55,401 bases of DNA from a virus, in IMG/VR virus record IMGVR_UViG_3300049054_000009, positions 1 through 55,401 of that record; one strand, written 5' to 3'. The translations under genes and the position numbers were made by a program. The notes under the pieces are model-generated. The model searched no databases. It was not told where the DNA came from and saw nothing but the letters and a program-made list of their open reading frames with translations. Positions 45,609 through 54,750 of this stretch are shown one piece after another (the first letter of the stretch is position 1; each line of letters opens with the position of its first letter).

Positions 45609-46742
45609 TTAACCTTCTTTTTCTGGTTCACCATAAGTAATTACAGGCTTACCTGTATCTAGTAACTTAGCTGCAAAAGCCTGCATCTGGCTAGCTGGCA
45701 CTGATGCCACATTAATTTGTGCAGGGTCTTGTGCTGCCTTTAAGTTTGCCATATCACGTTCATGGTCACGCTGCTTTTGTGCTTCTTCTGCCTTAGTTTT
45801 ATTGTCTTGAATTTTCCAGACTATCACCACTATAGCAATAATAACTAAAGCACTGACTATTAAAGCTGTAGGATTTTCAGCAAAGGCATTACGTGTGCCA
45901 TACCAAAGGTCTTGTGTAGCAGTGCCTACCAGTGCAAAGAAGGCTAAGATGGCAGCCCACATACGTTTATACCATGCTTCTGGCTTTGTTTCTGTAGTAG
46001 GCAGCATTTGCACCGGGTCTTTATCACCACCACCTTTTACTGGCTGCTGTGCTGCACCACTACTGACCGTGTTTTCTTCACCAGTTTGGATAACTAACCC
46101 ACCTGCTGCACCTACAGGTAAAGCACCTGCTGGCACGGGTGCTACTTGCCATGTACTTTCATCTTCATGGTCTGGTGTAGTAGTGGCAGCAGGTATAACT
46201 TTAGATACAGCTATATCTATACCACGTTCTTTTAATAAATAAGAAAATTCTACCATTCTACCTAGAACATCACGCCCATAGTCTTTACCTGTGGTGGTTC
46301 TATCAGGGTTACCAAACTGCTTAAATGATGGGTAAGCCCTGCTAGAACCAGTATTATATGAAGCTGCCAGTGTCCACAGAAACTGCTGCAAGGTTCTTTC
46401 ACCTTGCCACATTCTATTAAGTTCATCACGTTTTTCATCTAAAATACCAGTACCGTGCATAATAGATTCTGCTACGTTCTGCCACCCACCAGATAGACAC
46501 CATTTTTCATCAGTGTTTATATCTACCTGCATGATACCATAGCCATTATAGACCGTTCTGCCTAACCGCTTATTATATCTATAATCACCCTTCATGTTAT
46601 TCATGTTAGTTTCACGTGATGCTATAGCCATAAGTAAGGCTAGTGGAAAATCATAAGCCTTAGCAGCTTTAGCAAACATGGGTATGTAGCCACGCTGTAG
46701 TGCTTTTTCAAAGTGCTGGTTAATAAATTTTCTAATTTCCAT
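45609..46742 (-). CDS. Lytic transglycosylase/lysozyme-like (GH23/SLT-like) enzyme with C-terminal TM segments
   Basis: LLMAIASRETN (catalytic Glu context), YGIMQV, AASYNTG. Hydrophobic C-terminal stretches WAAILAFFALVG and LIVSALVIIAIVVIVW. Confidence 0.7.
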   Translation of the reverse strand: MEIRKFINQHFEKALQRGYIPMFAKAAKAYDFPLALLMAIASRETNMNNMKGDYRYNKRLGRTVYNGYGIMQVDINTDEKWCLSGGWQNVAESIMHGTGILDEKRDELNRMWQGERTLQQFLWTLAASYNTGSSRAYPSFKQFGNPDRTTTGKDYGRDVLGRMVEFSYLLKERGIDIAVSKVIPAATTTPDHEDESTWQVAPVPAGALPVGAAGGLVIQTGEENTVSSGAAQQPVKGGGDKDPVQMLPTTETKPEAWYKRMWAAILAFFALVGTATQDLWYGTRNAFAENPTALIVSALVIIAIVVIVWKIQDNKTKAEEAQKQRDHERDMANLKAAQDPAQINVASVPASQMQAFAAKLLDTGKPVITYGEPEKEG

Positions 46743-46762
46743 TCTTTTGTGTTTCCTTTTTA

Positions 46763-47464
46763 TTATGGGATAGATAAGCCATATTCTGCATTAAAATAAG
46801 CATTTATATTTGTTCTTTCTGTGCTATTTAGCACGGTGCTGCATATAACTATTTCAGCTACCCTGCCTGCATAGTTATTACCTACATTACATCTACCTAT
46901 AAATGGTGTAGTTGGAAATAAAGGTGTGGCAGTAACAGTGCGTTTAGCTACATTATTAAGTCTGTGTATAAAATTATTAGTACCAGATTTTGCTTGAACA
47001 TTATAGCAGTAATAGTTAGTAAAGCTAAAGCTATGGGCAAAATTATATCTACTACTTTGAAAAGCATCATCATAGATGTTAATGCCATCACTAAAAGGTA
47101 TATGTGGGTTCAAGCCAGAAGTACCCATACCATGAAGCTGTGAACCTACACCAGCACCACCAGACGCATCTGGCTTTGTTATGTAAAATATTTCACATTC
47201 AGTTAAGGCTGCCATACTAGGTAAAGTATAATTAGCTACATTAGTGGTAAAATCCCATATAGCTTTACCATTTAAAATACCAGTTCTTTTAACTGCATTT
47301 GCAGCAGTAGATACACTGTTACGTGCATTACCAGACTGGTCAAGTAAAGACGTAACAGCACTATTATCTGCACCTGCCTGCAATTCTGCTTTATACCTAG
47401 CCCACAAACCTGCTAAGGTAGGAAAGCCAGCACTAATAACTGCATATCTATAAGGCTGTATCAT
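46763..47464 (-). CDS. Tail-associated protein with a LamG/concanavalin-like lectin-fold signature
   Basis: 233 aa with LLDQSGNARN... and a beta-rich profile typical of the Laminin_G_3 pattern; the call is from pattern only. Confidence 0.35.
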   Translation of the reverse strand: MIQPYRYAVISAGFPTLAGLWARYKAELQAGADNSAVTSLLDQSGNARNSVSTAANAVKRTGILNGKAIWDFTTNVANYTLPSMAALTECEIFYITKPDASGGAGVGSQLHGMGTSGLNPHIPFSDGINIYDDAFQSSRYNFAHSFSFTNYYCYNVQAKSGTNNFIHRLNNVAKRTVTATPLFPTTPFIGRCNVGNNYAGRVAEIVICSTVLNSTERTNINAYFNAEYGLSIP

Positions 47465-47991
47465 AACGCACCATTAAAGTAAATTTTAAGACCTTTGGCA
47501 GCACTGCCAGCTTGCACAATATCTATCTGTATTTCATCACCTGCTATAAAACTAATAGCACCAGTCAGCACATAAGCTGTAGCTGCTGTAAGGCTGGTTT
47601 TTTCACCATTATCAATAGTTAATTGTGTGGTAAAAATAGTGCTGCCATTCTTTTTAATATTGACAGTAACTAAAGTGCCACCACCAGACACTGTAGATAA
47701 GCCAGCCATTACGCTACTTAATGTGAAAGGCACTTGCACATGAAAGATAGCAGCAGCAGTTTTGATAGCTATAGCTGTATCTTCATCTGATACAGCCACA
47801 CTATCATAATAGCCCGTGCCAGCACTTATAGTTATCCATGCACTGTTAGCTGCATTACGTAACTTTAAAATGTTAGCAGTGGTATCATACCAGTATCTGC
47901 TAGCACCTAAACTACTGGTAGGGTCAACCGTGTTAAAGTAAACCATTTCATGCAAAGCACCGTTTGCTGCTGTAAAATCTTTATGTTTCAT
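47461..47991 (-). CDS. Tail fiber-associated hypothetical protein
   Basis: 176-aa beta-rich ORF downstream of the J-like gene. Confidence 0.45.
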   Translation of the reverse strand: MKHKDFTAANGALHEMVYFNTVDPTSSLGASRYWYDTTANILKLRNAANSAWITISAGTGYYDSVAVSDEDTAIAIKTAAAIFHVQVPFTLSSVMAGLSTVSGGGTLVTVNIKKNGSTIFTTQLTIDNGEKTSLTAATAYVLTGAISFIAGDEIQIDIVQAGSAAKGLKIYFNGAL

Positions 47992-47994
47992 ATT

Positions 47995-50900
47995 TTATAA
48001 ACCACTCATTACTATTTCACCATCATCTGACCATACAAATTCTGGTGGTGCGCCACCATCATCACCTGTGGTTACTGGTTCTGATGTACCAGCACCAGCA
48101 GTAATAAGGATAGTGCCAGCAGCATCATTATAAGTAATGGTAATATTTGTGCCAGCTACTAAAGTAGATGCCATAGTATCTTGCACTACTTCTGTATCTA
48201 AAGACAGATTAAGAACATTACCAGCATCATTATAACTGGCATTAATACCAGAACCAGCAGCCACTAAAGCACCTACTATATCTTGTATAGCTTCTGCATC
48301 TACAGATAAGGTAAAACTATTACCAGCATCATTATAACTAGCATTTAAGCCCGTGCCATTAACCACAAAGGTGGCTAACATGTCTTGCATAAATTCTGTC
48401 AAATTAGTAGTGTTAGTTTCTACAGTTAAGGTGTTACCAGCATCATTATAGGTCAAGGTAATATAAGTGCCTTGAACTAAAAATGTAGCTAGCATGTCTT
48501 GTATAGCTTCATTACTTATACTGGCTGCTGGCTGCCATTCAATTAAGCCAGTAGTAGGATTATATAACGGTGCATTATTAGTGCCAGTAGGTGTGCCAGT
48601 TACTGGCACACTACTTATGCTAGTAGCATTACCTGCTGGTGGTGCTACATAAGTGCCACTACCTGCATAAGCAGGTGCATGAATAGTTACACCACTTCTA
48701 GCACTGCCATGTGTAAGTGCTGCATAACTGGTAACACCATCACGGGTGCTGTATAATTGAAAAGTTAAGGCATTAGCTAAACTACCACCATTATCTATAG
48801 TTTCTTGTGCATTAGTATAAATATAACTTTCAGTAACTAAGTCTGATACCGTTCTAAGAAGTGTGCCAGCCTGATTAAATATTTTTAAGGTATATTTAGC
48901 ACCACCTTCTAAGCCCACAGATGCAGTATTTTGTAATATTACCGTGCCTTGTCTAACCCTATCACGGTGTGACCATGCTACTGTAATATCACCACTACCG
49001 GGTATGCTGCCATTATAAACTGTGTTAATTCTAAGATTACCCGGTGCGTAAGGTCTTACACTTCTGTAACCCATAGCCTTAGAAATCATAGCAGCACCAG
49101 CTTCATCTAACACGCCTTGCAGTGTTCTGGTTAAGATTTTTGCATAGCCTGTAGCACCTGCTACATAGTTTGCTTCACTTCTGGCATCACCATAAGAAAA
49201 GAACCATGCACGGGCTGCTGTGGTAAAAGTCTGTGGTGTAGTATCAAGCAAACCACGCCACACATTATTAAGCTGATAGTTACCACTGACCAGTGTGAAA
49301 GATTCAAAAGCCATAATTTCTACTTTTGAACCTTCAATAACTAGAAACAAGTTTTTGCCATTTGCTATTTCAGTGGCTGTAGCAGCACCTAGCTTATCTA
49401 AATTAGATGCACCTGTAGCATTAATTACCAGCACACCAGTATTATCTTTAGCAGCAGTAAGATAGGTATAAGCTGCATTTAATAGCCCTGTAGGTGTGTA
49501 GTTATTATTTGGGTCATCTACATCATAAGTAACATTATCAAGACTGGTCAACATATCAAAGCTAAAGCTACCACTGTTAGGTGCTAAAGCCATTAACCAT
49601 AATCTAGCTGTTTCATCACCAGCTAGCATATAAGGCAATTCATCAAGTAAGGTAGTGGCAGTAGCTACAGGTGCTACAGAAGGGCTAGTGCCACTGGTGG
49701 TAGGTGGTGAAGCTACTATAGCAGACTGGCTGTTAAATAAATCTTCTATAGCTTCTATTTCTATTACAGGGTTAGTAGGGTTACCTATCCTAAGCCCGGT
49801 GCAGCGCATCACCATATTTACTATGGCATTACCATTATGGTCTTTTATTCTTTTAGTAGAAAATTTAAACGTGCTACCAATGGCAGTTTTATAACCTTTA
49901 TTACTTATCTGAAAAGTGACCTTAGCCAGTGGTGTAGTCATAGCTTTTAGGTCACGCTGTGCTACATTAGCAGCAGTGGTAGGGTTACTGATACCTACAT
50001 GCTGCACATTAGCAGCTACTGTAGCACCTTGTATTCTTTGATTAGCTACATCAAAAGCTATGGCAGTATCTTGAATAAAATCATTTAACCTGTTTACAAA
50101 AGGTATAGTCAAATAGTTAGTAGTTTCAGCCCATGCACCACGTGTATAAGAAGATATGCTAAGTATTTCTTTATCAGTATAGCTAGGTATATCTGCTACT
50201 ACATAATCAGCACGGGCTGCCTTGATAACTATTTTACCAGTTTGCAGGTCTGAATAGATTACGCTATCAGTAAGCTGTAAGATATTATTGATAATATCTC
50301 TACATGGTTTGCTAGTATCCCATAAACCAGAAAAACCTAAGCCATCAGTATGAAATTTCTGTGCAGCAGATAAGAAGCTAGCAGTATCTACATACTGTGC
50401 TGGCATGCCTATAGCATATTCAGCACTTCTGAAAATATCATACAAAACTTCAGCAGGGTTAGCATCACCAGTATTAATATTAGAATAATTAGTGCCACTG
50501 TATGGCAGATTATTAGGTATTGATTTTGCTACAAATTGCCATGCAGCTATGTTTTCACTGTTACCTAGATAACCAGAACCTTTTGCCCGTGTTTGCCCTT
50601 TAAAGATTACGTAAAAAATACCCCTATGTGCTGTGTAATTACCATATTGTGTGACTAGGTAAGAATCTTTAGTGGCATTAGGTAAGCCCATGTGAACACC
50701 TAAATACCCATAGATACCACCATTACCACCACTGGCAGGGTCATTACCACCAAATAAGGTAGGCTTATCTATTAATATTTCACTGTCAGTGGTTACACTG
50801 CCAGACCATGCCACCATATCACCTATAATAATTTTTTGCAGTTCATCTACCCGGTAAGCCAGTGCCATTTCTACACCACAGAAATACTTGTAGCCTGTGG

Positions 50901-51171
50901 TCTGTTTTTTAGCCATACCAAAAGAAAGGATTTTTTGCAGGGTGCTGACCTTCTGTATAATAGCTTCACTGCTAAAGTCAGTAAGACTAACTACATTAGG
51001 TGCTTTCATTAAAGCAGTGCCATACAGTTTTGGCACACTTCTAGTAGATTCTGCTGTAGGTGCATCAAGGTCAGCTAAGGTAGCTGGCTTAGGCTGGCTT
51101 GTCTTAGGTCTAAATAACTGACCTAAGATAGTAGAAGCAGCAAACATTAATAATGCAAACCAGAATGGCAT
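47995..51171 (-). CDS. Host-specificity / central tail fiber protein (gpJ-like, Phage-tail_3-type N-terminus)
   Basis: 1058 aa. N-terminus PFWFALLMFAAS..LGQLFRP...VPKLYGT is typical of J-like tip proteins. The C-terminus holds tandem repeats. Confidence 0.7.
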   Translation of the reverse strand: MPFWFALLMFAASTILGQLFRPKTSQPKPATLADLDAPTAESTRSVPKLYGTALMKAPNVVSLTDFSSEAIIQKVSTLQKILSFGMAKKQTTGYKYFCGVEMALAYRVDELQKIIIGDMVAWSGSVTTDSEILIDKPTLFGGNDPASGGNGGIYGYLGVHMGLPNATKDSYLVTQYGNYTAHRGIFYVIFKGQTRAKGSGYLGNSENIAAWQFVAKSIPNNLPYSGTNYSNINTGDANPAEVLYDIFRSAEYAIGMPAQYVDTASFLSAAQKFHTDGLGFSGLWDTSKPCRDIINNILQLTDSVIYSDLQTGKIVIKAARADYVVADIPSYTDKEILSISSYTRGAWAETTNYLTIPFVNRLNDFIQDTAIAFDVANQRIQGATVAANVQHVGISNPTTAANVAQRDLKAMTTPLAKVTFQISNKGYKTAIGSTFKFSTKRIKDHNGNAIVNMVMRCTGLRIGNPTNPVIEIEAIEDLFNSQSAIVASPPTTSGTSPSVAPVATATTLLDELPYMLAGDETARLWLMALAPNSGSFSFDMLTSLDNVTYDVDDPNNNYTPTGLLNAAYTYLTAAKDNTGVLVINATGASNLDKLGAATATEIANGKNLFLVIEGSKVEIMAFESFTLVSGNYQLNNVWRGLLDTTPQTFTTAARAWFFSYGDARSEANYVAGATGYAKILTRTLQGVLDEAGAAMISKAMGYRSVRPYAPGNLRINTVYNGSIPGSGDITVAWSHRDRVRQGTVILQNTASVGLEGGAKYTLKIFNQAGTLLRTVSDLVTESYIYTNAQETIDNGGSLANALTFQLYSTRDGVTSYAALTHGSARSGVTIHAPAYAGSGTYVAPPAGNATSISSVPVTGTPTGTNNAPLYNPTTGLIEWQPAASISNEAIQDMLATFLVQGTYITLTYNDAGNTLTVETNTTNLTEFMQDMLATFVVNGTGLNASYNDAGNSFTLSVDAEAIQDIVGALVAAGSGINASYNDAGNVLNLSLDTEVVQDTMASTLVAGTNITITYNDAAGTILITAGAGTSEPVTTGDDGGAPPEFVWSDDGEIVMSGL
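48090..48515 (-). repeat. Four tandem ~34-aa (about 100-bp) coding repeats at the fiber C-terminus
   Basis: E(A/F/V)xQDxxAxxxVxGTxIxxxYNDAGNxLxL appears four times: ITLTYNDAGNTLTV, LNASYNDAGNSFTL, INASYNDAGNVLNL, ITITYNDAAGTILI. Confidence 0.8.
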
Positions 51172-51175
51172 AAAT

Positions 51176-52018
51176 TTAACCTACATTTTTAACACCCGTT
51201 TGAAAAGGGTTTTTCTTTGGTATTCTATCAAAGCAGCCACATGCACCACCAGTATCTGTGTATGCACCAAACTTACCAGCACAGGTAGAAAACAAATGGT
51301 CACAGCCAGCATAAGCCCGTAAAATTTCACCAGCTACTACATCAGTAGGGAAAGGTGAAAGCAGGGTAAGCACACCTGCTACATTTGCTGTAATTAATCG
51401 TATGTCAGTAACACCAGAATCTAGCACCCTTTCTACAAAGCCAGACTTAAACCACTGGTCTGGCTGTGCAGCCCATTCTGGTGCAGTTAAAGTAAAGCCA
51501 GAAGGTGGTGAAGATAAAGTGCCATCTATCCGAAAAGCAGAAGCTGGCACGGGGCAAAAGCCATCATAAAGAATATGCCCACACAAAGCACTAAAGGTTC
51601 TTCTAAGCCCTAAGCGGTCAAAAAGCACCGTGATAGGTGAACAGTTCAAATAGCTATTCTTATCATCAAACTTACAGCTTTGCACAAAGCCCTGCCAGTA
51701 AACATAAACATCAGCAGGGTCACCCCTGTGAAATTTGAAAACTACTAAAAAAATCTGCTGTGCTGGCACAAAAGCTACATATTGACGTGGTAAAATCCAT
51801 TCTTTACTGGCTTTGATGGTAATACGCTGTGCATTAATTTCTTGACTTTGACCAGTGCCAGAAGGTTCTAAGCCTTCAAGCGGTATATAATCTTCATCTA
51901 AATAAGTATGTATCTGGTCATCAGACGTATAAGTATAAGCCACCGTGCCAGCAGTGAATTTAAATAAAAATATGGGCTTGCCAGCCCGGTTAGATTTTTC
52001 AAAAATGTCAAAACTCAT
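51176..52018 (-). CDS. Tail tip protein, DUF2163 / BR0599-like
   Basis: 280 aa. N-terminus PIFLFKFTAG..YTYTSDD and C-terminus CDHLFSTCAGKFGAYTDTGGACGCFDRIPKKNPF follow the BR0599 pattern. Confidence 0.6.
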   Translation of the reverse strand: MSFDIFEKSNRAGKPIFLFKFTAGTVAYTYTSDDQIHTYLDEDYIPLEGLEPSGTGQSQEINAQRITIKASKEWILPRQYVAFVPAQQIFLVVFKFHRGDPADVYVYWQGFVQSCKFDDKNSYLNCSPITVLFDRLGLRRTFSALCGHILYDGFCPVPASAFRIDGTLSSPPSGFTLTAPEWAAQPDQWFKSGFVERVLDSGVTDIRLITANVAGVLTLLSPFPTDVVAGEILRAYAGCDHLFSTCAGKFGAYTDTGGACGCFDRIPKKNPFQTGVKNVG

Positions 52019-52020
52019 AA

Positions 52021-53754
52021 TTAAATAGTATCATCATACACATCAGTTATCAGTAAATCAGATGCAGCCACATTACCACTATGCCACTGTATTTCTACTG
52101 CATCTGCCTTAAGTGCAGAAGGTATTAAAAAGCATACCCGGTCTATCTGGCTTATTAAAATATCAGCACCTAGTGCAGTATCTATACCTATAGTTTCAGT
52201 GCCATCTTCATTAATGCCAGCACCCGTGATACGTCTAAAATATCTAGTGCCATTCTTTAGCTGTATCATAATATCACGTCTATTATAAGCAGGTGCATCA
52301 TCTATATAATAAAGGCTGGCATAGCCTATAGCGTTAATTAAGATATTAGTAGTAGCACTGGCAATATCTTGCACCACCTGCATATCTTTTGACCATGTAG
52401 GCTGCCAGAATGGTGCTAGCCTGCCTTTTCTATTATCAAGCCAGCCATAGTATTTTGCTATCTGTGAATGACCATTAAAGATTAAGCCAAAAGTATTAGA
52501 AGCATCTGGTGCAGGCTGGTCAGCTTCTATGTTGAATATACCTACATTTGCATCATTTCTGATTACCTGCTGTTCTAAGGTAAAACTTTGCGTGTTATCG
52601 TAATTACTTTTAGTAAGCAGCACAGGTAATGACCTATAAGTAGTTTCTGCTGCATACACTAAACGGTTTATGCTAAGGTATTGTGGCAGTAATTCAAAAC
52701 TGACTGGCACGGTATCTATATCTACTGTATGTTTTTGCCCTTGTAAATTTGGATTTACATAAGCTAATCTAGCTGGCATAACTACAGTTTTACCAGCTTG
52801 CCATTCTTTTACTAGGTTTACCTTTAAAGTTAGATAAGTGCTAAACACTTCATCTATTTCTACCAGTTCATAATTTTCTTCATTCTGCCACAGCATTACA
52901 TAGTTATCAGCATCATAGTCAAAGTAGGTAGTATTTACCTGCACTTCATTTTGACCAGAAGCAGCAGTAACTGCTAACCGGGTAGCATCTGACCAGATAG
53001 GTATAGCAAAAATTCTGGTTTGCCAGCCAGCTATAAGGGCTGCAAATAATGCCCTAAGTCTGGCTGCATTACTATTTGTGCTGGCAAGTAAGAACTGATA
53101 ACTTAAAGACCTTCTAGGTGCATTACGTAGCATTACTAGCTGTTCAATACCATCAAGACTTTTACCACTGCTGGTATTATACCATGCCAGCCTTTCATTT
53201 ATTCTTTCAGACCAGTTATGCTGAAATGGCATAACTAATACCCGTTTACCACTGACATATAAAAAATATTCTATGATTACATCATCAAAGGTTAAGGTAA
53301 AAAAACCATCAAACTGTGGGCTGCCTACAGTATTAATAACAAGATTCTTATAAGTGCTTTCTAGTGCTGCTATGACCAGTGGTGTAGTTACATCAAAAGT
53401 AACACCAAGTAAGTCAGTAGCTACTACATCTTCTAAGGTCACTGGTATAAAGTAACCGTTCCAAATTTCTATAGGTCTGACTTGCTGGCTAACTAAATTA
53501 CCTACATCAATACGGTTAGGTATGATATGCACCCGGTTATACCATAAATCGGCAAAGTCACCCATTAACAGACCATCAAAAGTATCCACAGATGGTGTAG
53601 GGAAAATGTCAGTTTTAACGCCACCAGTTTCAAGATATTCACCTAGAAAGCATTTATCTGTAGGGTATTCAGCCACATCTATAGTGTCTAAGGCACTATC
53701 AGTAAGTAACCCTAGTATGTTATTATCTAGCAGAATACCATTATATGATGCCAT
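52021..53754 (-). CDS. Distal tail / baseplate-hub-like protein
   Basis: 577-aa ORF upstream of the BR0599-like and J-like genes; positional call. Confidence 0.45.
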   Translation of the reverse strand: MASYNGILLDNNILGLLTDSALDTIDVAEYPTDKCFLGEYLETGGVKTDIFPTPSVDTFDGLLMGDFADLWYNRVHIIPNRIDVGNLVSQQVRPIEIWNGYFIPVTLEDVVATDLLGVTFDVTTPLVIAALESTYKNLVINTVGSPQFDGFFTLTFDDVIIEYFLYVSGKRVLVMPFQHNWSERINERLAWYNTSSGKSLDGIEQLVMLRNAPRRSLSYQFLLASTNSNAARLRALFAALIAGWQTRIFAIPIWSDATRLAVTAASGQNEVQVNTTYFDYDADNYVMLWQNEENYELVEIDEVFSTYLTLKVNLVKEWQAGKTVVMPARLAYVNPNLQGQKHTVDIDTVPVSFELLPQYLSINRLVYAAETTYRSLPVLLTKSNYDNTQSFTLEQQVIRNDANVGIFNIEADQPAPDASNTFGLIFNGHSQIAKYYGWLDNRKGRLAPFWQPTWSKDMQVVQDIASATTNILINAIGYASLYYIDDAPAYNRRDIMIQLKNGTRYFRRITGAGINEDGTETIGIDTALGADILISQIDRVCFLIPSALKADAVEIQWHSGNVAASDLLITDVYDDTI

Positions 53755-54743
53755 TAGTTTTCTTTAATTGCTACACCCCACCAGAAGGTAGGTGAATTAG
53801 CTACATTAGTCTTGGTCTTAAAAGGAAATACTCTAAAAGTATCACCACTGCCATCATCCATCTGCTGTGCTGGTGTAAGATTACGAATATTACAAAAATA
53901 AATATCTGGCAGCTTACCTACTACAGAAAAGTTTGTGTTATTATCTCTATTACCAGTGCCATCACGTGTTATACATATTTCAACTGGTGATAGAACAGGC
54001 TGCTGATTAAATAAGTTAGACATATTAGCTACACTATTACAAAGCATGCTAATAGTTTCAAAGAATTTAGGCATAATAGGCACTACAGTTTCATTAGAAG
54101 CTGGTAACCAGCCAGTATTACCATCAATACTACTGCCATACATATAAGCATTAGGATTTAAGCCCATATTTGTAGTTTGTGTAGTATTACTGTAGCCTGC
54201 TATAGCACTTAATGATGCTGGTACATTACCACTATAAGCACTATTAGCTGCTGCATAAAAAGCACCACCAGACCATGTGCATGTTTTAGTAACCCTGCCA
54301 AACATTAACCACTGATACTGACCTGTGGCATATTCAATAAAAACATAAATCATGTCACCACGTGCAAAGAAATAATAGGCAGGCATAGCACCACTAATGC
54401 CTATCATGCCTACCATTCTTGGCAGGTCGCCACTACCACCACCAGCTATATAAGGTTTACCGGGCTGCATAAGCCAGCTATTAGCACCGTTATAGCTTGT
54501 GCTACCTACCACTAACAGTGAATTGCTGCCTGCTACTATATTAGACGTGCCATTATTAATATTTTCGGCTACTGATGCCCTAAAATTCATAAATACATCA
54601 GAATCTAATTGTAAATGCACACGCCTACCACTGCCTTCTACAGCGTTAAAATTACTTGTCCATCCGTTTGTTACACAGAAAGATGCTAACGCATCTAGTA
54701 AATTTGGCACTGTGGTTATAGCACCTGTTTCAAATATAGCCAT
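53754..54743 (-). CDS. Tail-associated structural protein, distantly similar to the junction-spanning gene
   Basis: 329 aa. N-terminus MAIFETGAITTVPNLLDALASFCVTNGW parallels ..DYSDLLDKLITFAVSTGDW. Confidence 0.5.
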   Translation of the reverse strand: MAIFETGAITTVPNLLDALASFCVTNGWTSNFNAVEGSGRRVHLQLDSDVFMNFRASVAENINNGTSNIVAGSNSLLVVGSTSYNGANSWLMQPGKPYIAGGGSGDLPRMVGMIGISGAMPAYYFFARGDMIYVFIEYATGQYQWLMFGRVTKTCTWSGGAFYAAANSAYSGNVPASLSAIAGYSNTTQTTNMGLNPNAYMYGSSIDGNTGWLPASNETVVPIMPKFFETISMLCNSVANMSNLFNQQPVLSPVEICITRDGTGNRDNNTNFSVVGKLPDIYFCNIRNLTPAQQMDDGSGDTFRVFPFKTKTNVANSPTFWWGVAIKEN

Positions 54744-54750
54744 AATATTT

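Noticed and set aside
47995-51171. Diversity-generating retroelement acting on the tail-fiber C-terminus
   Set aside because: No reverse transcriptase gene and no template/variable repeat pair are present. The C-terminal repeats are diverged in-frame protein repeats.
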